Below, in pieces: positions 10,104 through 20,577 of a DNA stretch of 64,000 nucleotides. Each line of letters opens with the position of its first letter. Position 1 is the first letter of the stretch. The notes beneath the pieces were generated by a model that searched no databases, had not been told where the DNA came from, and saw nothing but the letters and a program-made list of their open reading frames with translations. Origin of the DNA: Desulfomonilia bacterium (GTDB taxonomy: Bacteria; Desulfobacterota; Desulfomonilia; UBA1062); NCBI GenBank assembly GCA_050014195.1, contig JBEKDT010000005.1:128001-192000 (forward strand), written 5' to 3'. The position numbers and the translations under genes were made by a program.

Positions 10104-11739
10104 GGCGCATCTTCACGGGAGTAAAGGCTACATCGAGGTATCTTCCCCTTTCACAGATATCCGAGTCCACCGTACACCGTAGCGTGTGAAAGACCCGATT
10201 GGAATGTCTCAACACGAGTTTGGTCTGCCCGCCTTCAAAGACCCTCCGCCCAACGATCTCCATGGAGGGGATCAAGAACACCGGTTCCGGGTTACCCTCA
10301 CCGAATGGGGCAAGCAGTTCCAGTTCATCTAAAAAAGCCGGTGTGAGATCAAGGGGGGATATCTTGAGATCTACCTCGAATGTGGTTAGTTTCCGGTGCA
10401 TCTGAGAGCCGACGGCCTCATTAAGGGCCGGGGCTAACAACTCAATCTGTTCTTCAGAGATGCTCAAGCCCACGGCCATCTTGTGCCCTCCAAAACTGTT
10501 GAGAAGCCCTGTGGAATTGTTAAGGGCCCGGTGCAGGTCAATACCCACCAGCGACCTGCCTGAACCGATACCGATACCATCCATAAACGATATGACTATG
10601 GCGGGCCTGGAGAAAATGCTCACCAGCCGCGATGCCACGATTCCCAGGACACCGATGTGCCAGTTATTTCCCCAGACTACGGTCACGTTTTGCTCGGAGG
10701 GACGATCCCTCAATTGATCAAGCGCCATCACCAGGACTTTCTGCTCATGGATCTGTCTTTTCCTGTTCAAGCCGTCGAGTTCCTGAGCCAAGGCATGTGC
10801 CTTCTTCTCATCGTCTGTGGTGAGCAGGTCAAAGGCCTTTCTGGCATCCGATATCCTACCCGCCGCATTGATCCTTGGACCTAATATGAACCCCAGGTCG
10901 CGCGAGATGACCTCTTTCTTGATGCCGGCAACCTTCACCAGCGCTGAGATACCCACCCTCAACGATGAATTCATGACATTTAATCCCTCTTTAACGAGAA
11001 TGCGGTTCACCCCGGAAAGACTTACTGCATCGGCAACGGTGGCCATAGCAACAATATCGAGTTCATCCTTGAGGTTAGGCAGATCCTGCATGCCGCGCTC
11101 TCTGAGCAAGGAGCGCAATACTACGATAAGGTGGAATACGACCCCTGCACCGCAGAGATCTTCCCCGAAGAACAGACAATCACTCTGTTTGGGATTGATG
11201 AGAGAGTATGCATCAGGAACAAGCTCATCCACCTCGTGGTGGTCAGTGACGATCACATCCATTCCCAGCGAGTTTGCGTAGCTCACCTCATCAGTGGCCG
11301 TAATCCCGCAGTCGGCGGTGATGAGCAGGCTCACACCCCTGGCATGCAGTTCGTCGATCCCACGCATGTTAAGGCCATATCCGTCGGTGACACGGTCGGG
11401 TATGAAGATTATCGGCGGCTCACAGCCTATACCCACGAGGAAGCGGTGTATGAGCGCTGCGCTGCATACACCGTCCACATCGTAATCCGTAAAGACACCG
11501 ATGGTTTCTTTCTGATCAATAGCCCCTATGATTCGCTCGCATGCCTTCACTATCCCTTTCATGGACCGAGGGTCTTTGAGCTGACCGAGATTCGGCGCAA
11601 GAAAGTTCAGCACCTCTTTAGTATCCATCATCCCCCGGCCGCGCACGAGGGACCGAAAGGCCGGAGTGAACCTCAGGGACGGCAACGCAGTCTCATCGAC
11701 CTGCCCTCGGATCACCCATTCGGGAGATATACATATCAT
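10048..11739 (-). CDS. recJ: Single-stranded-DNA-specific exonuclease RecJ
   Basis: DYDVDG, DGYGL, TADCG, TDHH, GPRINAAGR, GSGRS, FGGH, PFGEGNPEP. Confidence 0.96.
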   Translation of the reverse strand: MICISPEWVIRGQVDETALPSLRFTPAFRSLVRGRGMMDTKEVLNFLAPNLGQLKDPRSMKGIVKACERIIGAIDQKETIGVFTDYDVDGVCSAALIHRFLVGIGCEPPIIFIPDRVTDGYGLNMRGIDELHARGVSLLITADCGITATDEVSYANSLGMDVIVTDHHEVDELVPDAYSLINPKQSDCLFFGEDLCGAGVVFHLIVVLRSLLRERGMQDLPNLKDELDIVAMATVADAVSLSGVNRILVKEGLNVMNSSLRVGISALVKVAGIKKEVISRDLGFILGPRINAAGRISDARKAFDLLTTDDEKKAHALAQELDGLNRKRQIHEQKVLVMALDQLRDRPSEQNVTVVWGNNWHIGVLGIVASRLVSIFSRPAIVISFMDGIGIGSGRSLVGIDLHRALNNSTGLLNSFGGHKMAVGLSISEEQIELLAPALNEAVGSQMHRKLTTFEVDLKISPLDLTPAFLDELELLAPFGEGNPEPVFLIPSMEIVGRRVFEGGQTKLVLRHSNRVFHTLRCTVDSDICERGRYLDVAFTPVKMRLNGHSYLYLSLKALSASR

Positions 11740-11771
11740 GCCTCTTTCCTTAACCCTGCTGCGGGAGTAAG

Positions 11772-12539
11772 TCAAGGAGGGCCGGCGAAGCTTATACAGC
11801 CTTCCAGCGCCTTTCTCGTGCGAGGCATGTCGACAGGCTTCACCTCCATGGTGATGGTTGAACCGTATCCCGTACCTAAGAGAGACGATACGATAGCCTG
11901 AAAATCAACACTCCCCTCTCCCAGGGCCAGATGCAGATCGTCCTTCACGCTTGTCCCCCCGTGGTTGTCATGAACGTGCACATGTGCAATCTTCTCGGGG
12001 CAGTTATCTATGAAGCGGTAAGACGTGTTCACCTTGGCCAGAAGCTGAGCATGGCCGATGTCCAAGGTCATCCTAAGATCGCCGATGGCCTCGAATGCGG
12101 CTTGGAAACTATCATAGCGTTCACTTAAATTTTCTATACAGATCACCATGCCCGCCTTTGATGCATAGCCTACCATCTCTTTAAGGAGTTCGAGCTTTTG
12201 AGGGATAAGTCCTTCCGGGGCCCATCTCTTATCGATCCAGAAATGCATGGTCGCCTTATCGATCCCCAGTTGCCTAGAGAGGTCTGTGAGAGCCTTAATC
12301 CTTGGTACGAAACGTTCTTTGAGGATGCCGATATCGAATGGGTTGTCTTCGTTGGGGAAATGGGCAAGATATGAAATGCCGTAGATTTCCTTCATTTCGA
12401 GAAGCGTAGGAATCCAGCGAAGAACCGTTTCCGGTTCATCCAGAGACATCTCAACAAAAGGCAGGCCGAGTCGCCCAACCTCATGAACCTCTGCTACGGT
12501 ATGTGCCCTTCCCCCGATGGTGACTACGCTTCTCTTCAT
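11772..12539 (-). CDS. Sugar-phosphate isomerase/epimerase (AP endonuclease 2 TIM-barrel family)
   Basis: IEN, TLDIGHA, HVHVHDN, DLHL-LGEG, ITMEV. Confidence 0.85.
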   Translation of the reverse strand: MKRSVVTIGGRAHTVAEVHEVGRLGLPFVEMSLDEPETVLRWIPTLLEMKEIYGISYLAHFPNEDNPFDIGILKERFVPRIKALTDLSRQLGIDKATMHFWIDKRWAPEGLIPQKLELLKEMVGYASKAGMVICIENLSERYDSFQAAFEAIGDLRMTLDIGHAQLLAKVNTSYRFIDNCPEKIAHVHVHDNHGGTSVKDDLHLALGEGSVDFQAIVSSLLGTGYGSTITMEVKPVDMPRTRKALEGCISFAGPP

Positions 12540-12692
12540 GTTTTCGCCGATTCATCCCTTGGAGGTCATCTGTGGCTCTGTTCATGAAGCCTACTCATCT
12601 GAAAGACTATTTCGAGATACATAAATCTTTTGAAATCCGCCGACATGAAAGAGATCTCAATGCGCCGCTCATCCTAAAAAAGGCAATTTGAA

Positions 12693-14051
12693 TTATGTGC
12701 TTGTTTCGTCCGTACCGGTAAGCGGTCTGACCATAAGATCCATGCCGAAAAGGTCCACCACCTTCACCTTCTCACCCGCCTTCAATGTGGTAGGGCCTTT
12801 GGCATTCCAGTACTCACCGTGACAGAAGACTTTTCCTGTACCGTCCTCGGTCCAGACAAATACCGTAGCAATCTCATCCTTCAACCCTTCTGCGCCGACC
12901 CTGGAGGTCCTCCGCTGGGCCTTGACCACAAGGTAGATGGTAGCGGCAAAGAACGCGGCAAAAAAGAATGTGACCGGCAGAATAAGCCCATAGGAAACCT
13001 GGGCATAGAGCTCAGGCGTCCTGAAGAGCAAGAGCGAGCCCAACACCATGGATACGATGCCGCCCACAGTGAGCAAGCCGTAACTGGGCACCTTGATCTC
13101 GGCAATGAACATGAGTACGGCAAGCAGGATGAGCGCGACCCCGGCATAATTCACCGGCAAGGTCTGGAATGCGAAAAAGGCAAGAATAAGAGAGATACCG
13201 CCGATGACGCCGGGCAGAACAGCCCCTGGGCTTGAGAGCTCGAAGTAGATACCGGCAAGCCCTATAAGCATAAGGATGTAGGCAATGTTTGGATTCGATA
13301 TTGTGGCAAGCAGGTGATACCTGAATCCCATGGGCTTAAACACCAGGTTGGCCTGCCTGGTATGGAGCACAAAGGTGTTTATATTTTTCTTGATCTTCCT
13401 GCCATCAAGCTTGGTCAAAAGATCGTCCATGTCCTGGGCCACGATGTCGATGACACCTTTGGCGAGTGCATCCTGGGATGGTGTGGATATACTCTTTCGC
13501 ACGATATCCTCGGCCCACTGCTCACTCCTGCCACGTTCCCGGGCAATGCTTTTGGCATAGGCAACGGCATCATTGGTCACCTTGTTCACCATGGTGCTGT
13601 TTTTATCCTCTTTATCATCACCGCCGCCGATATCCACGGGGTGTGCGGCACCGATATTCGTCCCGGGCGCCATGGCCGCCACATCCGAAGCCAGCGTAAT
13701 AAGGGCACCTGCAGAGGCTGCCCGTGCACCCTTGGGAGAGACATAGACGATCACCGGGACGTTTGCATTCATCTCCTTCTGGATAATATCACGCATGGCG
13801 GTATCCAGCCCCCCAGGCGTGTCAAGGCGTATGATAATTGCGGCCTTGTTGGTCTGGACTGCATCATCGATGTTCTCCATGACGAAAGAAGCGATAGGAG
13901 GGCTGATGGCATCTCTGACATCAATGACGAGGATATCGGCTGCGCGGAGACTTAAAGGCCCTGAAAACAGCAAAACGATCAGGGCGGCACAATTGATCAG
14001 CGCGGTAGAGCTAACCCAAGTACTTCCATTACCTTCTTGATATCTTCCCAT
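12693..14051 (-). CDS. nfeD: NfeD-family membrane-bound serine protease (long form)
   Basis: LDTPGG, RAASAG, MAPGTNIGAAHP, TM region, C-terminal OB-fold (GEYWNA). Confidence 0.92.
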   Translation of the reverse strand: MGRYQEGNGSTWVSSTALINCAALIVLLFSGPLSLRAADILVIDVRDAISPPIASFVMENIDDAVQTNKAAIIIRLDTPGGLDTAMRDIIQKEMNANVPVIVYVSPKGARAASAGALITLASDVAAMAPGTNIGAAHPVDIGGGDDKEDKNSTMVNKVTNDAVAYAKSIARERGRSEQWAEDIVRKSISTPSQDALAKGVIDIVAQDMDDLLTKLDGRKIKKNINTFVLHTRQANLVFKPMGFRYHLLATISNPNIAYILMLIGLAGIYFELSSPGAVLPGVIGGISLILAFFAFQTLPVNYAGVALILLAVLMFIAEIKVPSYGLLTVGGIVSMVLGSLLLFRTPELYAQVSYGLILPVTFFFAAFFAATIYLVVKAQRRTSRVGAEGLKDEIATVFVWTEDGTGKVFCHGEYWNAKGPTTLKAGEKVKVVDLFGMDLMVRPLTGTDETST

Positions 14052-14677
14052 ACATCCCTCTTTTTTGATGGGTTCTGCAACAGATAACTCGGGTGATAGG
14101 TCGGCATGATAGGGATCCCCCGATACTCCTTGAATATACCCCTGAGCCTGCCGATCGGTGTATTCTCATCCAGGAGGCTATGGGCTGCTATCCTGCCCAA
14201 GGCCACAATGACCTTAGGGTTAATGGCCTGGATCTGTGCATGAAGAAATCCAATACACCTGCCCACCTCATCCGGCAACGGGTCCCGGTTGTCAGGAGGC
14301 CTGCACTTGAGGATATTGGCAATGTAGACATCCTGTCTCTTGAGGCCCATACCCTTTTCTATGATATCCGTCAGAAGGTTGCCTGCAGGGCCCACAAAGG
14401 GCCTGCCTGTCTTATCCTCCACTGCCCCCGGTGCCTCTCCTATAAACATGACCAATGCATTCGGATTACCCTCACCGAATACAACATTTTTCCTGGTACG
14501 GCTTAATCCACACGAGGTACATTCACCGATCACCTTTACGATACGCTCCAGCTCATGCTCAGTACCAAGATGTGCTTGCTTCTCCGAAGGCCTCGAAACC
14601 TCAATCTCCGGCAGTATGAGAAAAGGACCTGCCCACTGGGCCTCAACACGCAGGAGTTCTATGATCTGTTCCCTCAC
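13997..14677 (-). CDS. Uracil-DNA glycosylase family 4 (Fe-S)
   Basis: CTSCGL, GEAPG, GRPFVG, KCRPP-NRDP, TYHPS. Confidence 0.93.
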   Translation of the reverse strand: MREQIIELLRVEAQWAGPFLILPEIEVSRPSEKQAHLGTEHELERIVKVIGECTSCGLSRTRKNVVFGEGNPNALVMFIGEAPGAVEDKTGRPFVGPAGNLLTDIIEKGMGLKRQDVYIANILKCRPPDNRDPLPDEVGRCIGFLHAQIQAINPKVIVALGRIAAHSLLDENTPIGRLRGIFKEYRGIPIMPTYHPSYLLQNPSKKRDVWEDIKKVMEVLGLALPR

Positions 14678-15888
14678 AGCCTTTCTTTCACGAGGTCAAG
14701 GATCTTGTGGGCGAGCACCTCTTTTGCCATGTGCTCAAAATCGTAGATCACGCCTTCCGGGGAGAGTATTACCCCGCTGTTTGTGTCGGAAGCAAAACCG
14801 GTGTTCGACTCACCGACCCGGTTTGCCACGATCATGTCGAGCCCTTTCCTGACCATCTTGTCTTGGGCATAGCTCTTGAGATTTTCCGTCTCAGCGGCGA
14901 AGCCGACAAATATTTTTGACTCCTTCATCGTGCGAATCGTTGCAAGGATGTCTGGTGTTGATGCAAGCTCTATATGGGCCGTCTTCTCGCCCTTCTTGAT
15001 TTTGCTTTTTGAGTAGGTGTGGGGGGTGTAGTCCGCCACTGCGGCAGCCATGATGAGAATGTCAGTATCCGAGAGGTTCTCCTTGACGGATGCGAGCATC
15101 TGCTGGGCGGAGCGGACATCTATCACGGTGGCCCATGGCGCATACTCAACGGGGACAGGTCCGCTGATCACCTTCACCCTGGCCCCCCTGATGCAGCATG
15201 CCTCAACAATGGCGGCCCCCATTTTGCCCGTGGACCTATTGGTGATAAACCGTACAGGGTCGATATCCTCGCATGTAGGTCCCGAGGTAATGAGGATGTT
15301 GATGCCTGCAAGGTCGCGCTGGGCAAGTAACATCTTCACCTCTGCGATGATACGCTCTGGCTCCGGCAACCTTCCCGCCCCTTCCCATCCACATGCAAGC
15401 TCGCCTGTCACCGGCTCAAGCACATGGATGCCCCTGGCCTTAATGGCTTCCAGGTTGTCCTGGGTTGCCCTGTTGGCAAGCATATTCACGTTCATGGACG
15501 GACAGACAAGGACAGGGGCCCTGGTGGCAAGCACCGTACAGGTCAATAGGTCATCCGCAATGCCATGGGCCAACTTTGCAATGAAGTTCGCCGTGGCCGG
15601 GGCGATGAGGAAGAGATCCGCCTTGTCTGCAAGCGCAATGTGGTCGATTTCATAAGCCCCTGATTGTGTTGCGGGAAACATCTCGGTATGCACGGGTCTG
15701 TTGGTCAGTGTCTGGAGGACAAGGGGCGTCACAAAATGCTGCGCAGCCTGGCTCATCACCGCATGTACGTCAAGGCCGAACTGCTTGAGGCCGCGTACAA
15801 TAAGCGGTGCCTTATAGGCCGCTATCCCGCCGGTTATGCCGAATACAACCGTCTTGCCCTCTAGATCTTCTCCTGGGGAACCATCCAT
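14674..15888 (-). CDS. coaBC: Bifunctional phosphopantothenoylcysteine decarboxylase/synthase
   Basis: TGGIAAYK, APATAN, PSMN, LACG--G-GR, DPVRFITNRSTGKMG, AAAVADY, GFAAET. Confidence 0.96.
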   Translation of the reverse strand: MDGSPGEDLEGKTVVFGITGGIAAYKAPLIVRGLKQFGLDVHAVMSQAAQHFVTPLVLQTLTNRPVHTEMFPATQSGAYEIDHIALADKADLFLIAPATANFIAKLAHGIADDLLTCTVLATRAPVLVCPSMNVNMLANRATQDNLEAIKARGIHVLEPVTGELACGWEGAGRLPEPERIIAEVKMLLAQRDLAGINILITSGPTCEDIDPVRFITNRSTGKMGAAIVEACCIRGARVKVISGPVPVEYAPWATVIDVRSAQQMLASVKENLSDTDILIMAAAVADYTPHTYSKSKIKKGEKTAHIELASTPDILATIRTMKESKIFVGFAAETENLKSYAQDKMVRKGLDMIVANRVGESNTGFASDTNSGVILSPEGVIYDFEHMAKEVLAHKILDLVKERL

Positions 15889-16280
15889 ATCTCCACCCTT
15901 GTCGAAAGGGGATTCTCTGTAATCAGGATCTCAGCGAACTTGTCCTGTTTCTTAAAGAATAGCTTAATGTTGCCAAGAAACTTATACTGGCTCAGGGAAA
16001 CCCAGCCTTCAGAGTTCATGGAGGTGATGAAAAACTGCGAAAGAGACTCGGGCTCTATCCGGCCCGAGACAACCAGCCTTCCGAACCCGTTGGTGATACT
16101 ACACTCCTTGGGCACCCTTTCGAGCTCGCCGGGGATGAGTATGTCGGCAAAATCAAGATACCTCGGCGACGGCCGTGTCTCTTGACTTGAAGACTCATTC
16201 GAAGTGACACTCTTTAACTGGGCGCAACCGGCCAGCATAAGCACCAAAACAAGACTCATCAATACAGCTCTTCTCATCAT
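15861..16280 (-). CDS. Conserved hypothetical lipoprotein
   Basis: LAGC lipobox; F-DI-IP-EL motif. Confidence 0.75.
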   Translation of the reverse strand: MMRRAVLMSLVLVLMLAGCAQLKSVTSNESSSQETRPSPRYLDFADILIPGELERVPKECSITNGFGRLVVSGRIEPESLSQFFITSMNSEGWVSLSQYKFLGNIKLFFKKQDKFAEILITENPLSTRVEIWMVPQEKI

Positions 16281-16288
16281 TATCCTCC

Positions 16289-16915
16289 CTAAAGGAATGG
16301 ATTATACCTGCGCTCGGCCCCGAGGGTAGTTGCAGGTCCATGTCCGGGCAGCACCTTCATATCGTCCCCTAAGGGCAACAGCTTGGTCTTGATGGATGTG
16401 ATCAATGTATGATAGTCCCCGCCGGGAAGGTCCGTTCTCCCGATAGAACCCGCAAAAAGGGTATCTCCCGCAAAACAGAGTTTCTTATCGGAAGTGACGA
16501 GCGAAATGCCGCCCGGAGAATGTCCGGGTGTATCCAGGACAGACAGGGAAATACCGTCGCCCAGAGAGATTACCTCACCTTCGCTCAAGAATCGGTCCGG
16601 GTCCGGAGGCTGCTCAATACGGATCCCAAAGAGCCTGCCCATACGCGATGCAGCCTGCAGCAAGGGCAATTCCGCCTCATGCATCATGATCTGTGCACCC
16701 GTTACATCCTTGATCTGCCTGATAGCCCCGATGTGGTCCACATGTGCATGGGTATTCACAATAGCCATGACCGTCAGGCCCATGGAGTCTATCTGACGCA
16801 GGATCTTGTCCGCCTCTCCCCCCGGGTCTATCACAATGGCCTGATGCGTCTGTTCATCCCCGAGGATGAAGCAGTTCGTCATGAACTCCGTAACCACAAT
16901 CGTATTCAAAAGCAT
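16289..16915 (-). CDS. MBL-fold metallo-hydrolase (glyoxalase II-like)
   Basis: THAHVDH, TPGHSPG, GDTLF, GRTD, PGHG. Confidence 0.93.
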   Translation of the reverse strand: MLLNTIVVTEFMTNCFILGDEQTHQAIVIDPGGEADKILRQIDSMGLTVMAIVNTHAHVDHIGAIRQIKDVTGAQIMMHEAELPLLQAASRMGRLFGIRIEQPPDPDRFLSEGEVISLGDGISLSVLDTPGHSPGGISLVTSDKKLCFAGDTLFAGSIGRTDLPGGDYHTLITSIKTKLLPLGDDMKVLPGHGPATTLGAERRYNPFL

Positions 16916-17108
16916 CGATCTCTCCCATCGCTACGGGACCTTAATTTATCTCGATAATAGCATGTTAAAGTCCGAACACACATACTAAATAGTATACCAG
17001 CCAGATTAGGTCAACTGCCATCACCCCTTTCTTCATGAAACCTAAATCCCAATAATTCTTTCCCGGAGATAAAGTTTTCCATGCATAAATCCGATTACAT
17101 CTACTGGT

Positions 17109-18500
17109 ATGGCACACATTCTCATAGTAGAAGACGATATCAACCTGGGACAGGTCATCTTCCAGGAATTGAAGAGGCACAATCACGAGGTGGAGCTCGT
17201 AGAGAATGCCGAAGCAGCGCTTGTACGCTTGGGAAAATATATCTATGATCTTATGCTCACCGACCTGAAGCTTCCGGGCATCGACGGCATCGAGCTCCTG
17301 AAGCGGGTCAAGGCGACCAACCCCACCACTATTGTGCTTGTCATGACCGGATATGCCTCTGTGGACACAGCCGTTGTGGCTATGAAAAACGGGGCCCAGG
17401 ATTTCATTCAGAAACCCTTCGGTTTGCATGAGCTGGTACAGAAAATCGATGATGCCCTGGCTATCAAACGGATGAAAAACGAGATTGATTACCTGCGCCA
17501 TGCCCAGGAAGACGTTATCTACCGTACTGCCGACATTGTGGGAGTAAGCCAGGCGCTCAAAAAGGTGCTCAAGCTTGTAGAGAAAGTGGCCAAGGCCGAT
17601 TCCACCATGCTCGTCACCGGCGAAACAGGCGTAGGCAAGGGTCTTATTGCAGGCGCCATTCACCATAACTCAAGCCGGTGTGGGAACAACTTCGTACAGG
17701 TCAACTGCGCAGCACTACCTCAAAACATACTTGAAAGCGAGCTGTTCGGACACGAAAAGGGTGCCTTTACAGGGGCCGTTCGGATGCGTGTCGGCAGGGT
17801 GGAGCAGGCGAACATGGGGACCATCTTCCTCGACGAGATCGGAGATATGGATCTGGGCCTGCAGTCAAAGATATTAAGGGTGCTGGAAGAGAGGGAATTT
17901 GAGAGGGTCGGGGGAGAGCGTACCATCAAAGTGGACGTGCGTGTAATAACTGCAACCAACCAGGACCTGCATACCCTCGTGGAACAGGGTAAATTCCGCG
18001 AGGATCTTTATTATCGGATCAATGTAGTCAATATCCACATCCCGCCCATTCGTCAACGCAAGGAGGATATCGAGCCTCTGGTGACCTACTTCATCAGAAA
18101 GTACTGCAGAGAATTCAACAAACCCGAGATGGAGATAGAACCTCAAGCCCTTGCCGCCATCACAGAATACGACTGGCCCGGCAATGTCCGTGAGATCAGG
18201 AACTGTATCGAAAGGGCAGTGCTGCTGGCAGAAGGGACTATAGTAAGAGTCCATGACATCTCCATACTCCATCCAGGCCAGAACCAGGCTCCCTTAACCC
18301 AGGACGGAGGGAATGGTGATCATAAAAAGTCCATGTCGACTCTGGCGCTGTCCGAACGCGATATGATTCTCGAAGCGCTGAAGAAGAACGATTGGATCCA
18401 AAAAGAAGCTGCCCACGCTCTCGGGATCAGCAAGAGGGTGATCCATTATAAAATCAGGAAATACGGCATCACACATCCCCGGTGGATCAAGAACCGATAA
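17109..18500 (+). CDS. NtrC-family sigma54-dependent response regulator
   Basis: REC (VEDD, TDLKLPG, KPF), GETGVGK, ESELFGHEKGAFTGA, FLDEIG, WPGNVRE, Fis-type HTH. Confidence 0.95.
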   Translation: MAHILIVEDDINLGQVIFQELKRHNHEVELVENAEAALVRLGKYIYDLMLTDLKLPGIDGIELLKRVKATNPTTIVLVMTGYASVDTAVVAMKNGAQDFIQKPFGLHELVQKIDDALAIKRMKNEIDYLRHAQEDVIYRTADIVGVSQALKKVLKLVEKVAKADSTMLVTGETGVGKGLIAGAIHHNSSRCGNNFVQVNCAALPQNILESELFGHEKGAFTGAVRMRVGRVEQANMGTIFLDEIGDMDLGLQSKILRVLEEREFERVGGERTIKVDVRVITATNQDLHTLVEQGKFREDLYYRINVVNIHIPPIRQRKEDIEPLVTYFIRKYCREFNKPEMEIEPQALAAITEYDWPGNVREIRNCIERAVLLAEGTIVRVHDISILHPGQNQAPLTQDGGNGDHKKSMSTLALSERDMILEALKKNDWIQKEAAHALGISKRVIHYKIRKYGITHPRWIKNR

Positions 18501-20352
18501 GATCAACGTATAGGGATACAACCTCCGGATCAAGGGTTTTGCCGGACATGGCACACAGCTCTTTGAGCGCATCCTCATGCCGCATTTGTGCTCGGTAGAG
18601 CCTTGGGGTAGTCATTGCATTGTATGTATCCACCACCCTCATAGCCCGGGCAGACAGTGGAATATCCTCACCTTTGAGTCCTCGCGGGTAACCACTGCCG
18701 TTGAAATTCTCATGGTGATATATCAGCAGGTCCTCATCAAGGTCGAGTACAGTCACATCCTTGAGGATCCGAGCGGTGATGATGGGGTGATTGTTAAGCC
18801 TTTTTTTATCAAAGGGGGTAAGATCACCCTTGGTGAACAGCGTTGTAGGTATGCCAAGGTATCCGATATTGGCTGCCAGAGAAGAATTGGCCCACTGGCC
18901 TGCAAGCATGTCTCCGACACCCATTTCCTTGGCAAGTGTATATATCTGATCAGAGACCTTCAAAGAATATCCCATAGGATATCCTGCGCGCAGATCGCTC
19001 ATAATGGATGCCGTGTTCAGGATGCCCATATACCAGTTCTGGATATCCGCATCAAAACCCGAGGCAACAGCCCAAGCAGGGGCAAGAAAAGTGGTGATCC
19101 AGTCAAATAGGTCCTGCGGCAACCCTTCCTGGTGGAGGTATCCAAGGTCATGGCCTTCCCAGGTAACCGGCACACCTTGTGTATCGTAGCGGATGGACAC
19201 CTCATCCGCCTGGCACTGGATCTTGAGAAGGTTAAGTAAATCATTAAGAGATTTCAAGGACGGCCCTGACTGGAGGCGTTTCTTCATGGGAAGCTCCAGC
19301 GAAATATTGACCTGCCTCATGGCCCCGGTCTGGGCAAAGGTGGCCACGTGAATCCCCTTCTTCTTTGCATGGGAAAGTGCCTGGTGCGCGACATTAATGA
19401 GCCCTTTTGCATCCTGGGCATCATCGGGCAAGGTCGCCACCCCGATAGTCATAGTGTCTGCAAGATCCGCCCCCAGGCTTAGGGTGGCCTTGTGCAGGGC
19501 GGTGACGGCATCCCGTGAAGAGCAGCCGGGCAGGATCACAAAAAAGCTGAGTTCTTCATACCGCAATACCTTATCGTAGCAGCGCAAACCTTCCTGAATC
19601 CTCCTGGCCAGCGTTCTAAGCGTCCTCACCCCTTCGGGAATATGTGTATACAGACCGAACTTATCCCTGTCCTCTATCTCGATGATTGCAACACTCAACG
19701 GGAAACAGAGCCTCCTGGAAAGCTCCTCGTACTGGTGAAGGACGTCAAGGAGGATGTGCCGCTGCGGAATATCGATACGGACATCCAACACATCATCAAA
19801 ATCCTTATCAGGAGTCAGGACGCCCTTAAGAACCTTCTCCGAGCTCAGCAGGAGTTGCTTGGTCAGGATGAGGTCATTGATATTGAATGGACTTGCCCCT
19901 TTTCTAAAAAGCTCCAGGCACCCAATGACCTTTGTATCCCTGTAGATGGGGAGCCCGATCATGGATGTGCAACAGATAGGTATCTCTTCAGAATTGATAC
20001 CGGTCTGGATCATATCGGGAATAAGAATCGGTTTGGCCATCTCCTTGATGGCATTGGTGAAGATATCGCCCTTATCAATTTTATTGGGGATCTCACCCTG
20101 TAGGCCCCTGCAGAACCAGGTGTCCTGGGGTTCCCAGATGTATGCAAGGGCTACATCATAAGGTGTGATGTGGTTGATGAAATTGAGGATAAGGTCAGAT
20201 AGCTTCTCAAGCTGATCATTCCTGACTTCCCAATCGGATAAAAGGGAAACCTGAAAAAGCATCGGAATGATGTTTGCATTATTTTTTATGAATTCCGGGG
20301 AGAGTTCAAGTGTTTGGTCAACAATATATTCATTTAATCGCTCAGGCCACAT
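18487..20352 (-). CDS. GAF + degenerate GGDEF + degenerate HD-GYP protein
   Basis: GAF (GLPI...IGCLEL); RCYDKVLRYEELSF in place of RxxD...RYGGDEF; ANIGY in place of HDIGK; HHENFNGSGYP-GL, RLYR. Confidence 0.85.
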   Translation of the reverse strand: MWPERLNEYIVDQTLELSPEFIKNNANIIPMLFQVSLLSDWEVRNDQLEKLSDLILNFINHITPYDVALAYIWEPQDTWFCRGLQGEIPNKIDKGDIFTNAIKEMAKPILIPDMIQTGINSEEIPICCTSMIGLPIYRDTKVIGCLELFRKGASPFNINDLILTKQLLLSSEKVLKGVLTPDKDFDDVLDVRIDIPQRHILLDVLHQYEELSRRLCFPLSVAIIEIEDRDKFGLYTHIPEGVRTLRTLARRIQEGLRCYDKVLRYEELSFFVILPGCSSRDAVTALHKATLSLGADLADTMTIGVATLPDDAQDAKGLINVAHQALSHAKKKGIHVATFAQTGAMRQVNISLELPMKKRLQSGPSLKSLNDLLNLLKIQCQADEVSIRYDTQGVPVTWEGHDLGYLHQEGLPQDLFDWITTFLAPAWAVASGFDADIQNWYMGILNTASIMSDLRAGYPMGYSLKVSDQIYTLAKEMGVGDMLAGQWANSSLAANIGYLGIPTTLFTKGDLTPFDKKRLNNHPIITARILKDVTVLDLDEDLLIYHHENFNGSGYPRGLKGEDIPLSARAMRVVDTYNAMTTPRLYRAQMRHEDALKELCAMSGKTLDPEVVSLYVDLIGS

Positions 20353-20409
20353 AGCAGTTCCCGTTCTCTCCCCACAGTTTAGAAATTAAAATAGATATAC
20401 GCAGGGGCT

Positions 20410-20535
20410 TTACATCCGATGGTGCTGAGAATACCAGTAGGATTCAAATTCTCGACAGGCCTTCTTCAGGTCACGCAAGGTCCTGATGCCTAACCTACCA
20501 AGCTGTTCGAGAATTTCTCTCCTTGTAAGCCACAT
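20410..20535 (-). CDS. Small hypothetical protein (41 aa)
   Basis: ATG at 20535 with AGGGG RBS, about 40 nt downstream of a consensus sigma54 promoter. Confidence 0.55.
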   Translation of the reverse strand: MWLTRREILEQLGRLGIRTLRDLKKACREFESYWYSQHHRM

Positions 20536-20577
20536 TATGAGAACCCCTGTGCATTTCCATATATTCTCAATAATAAG

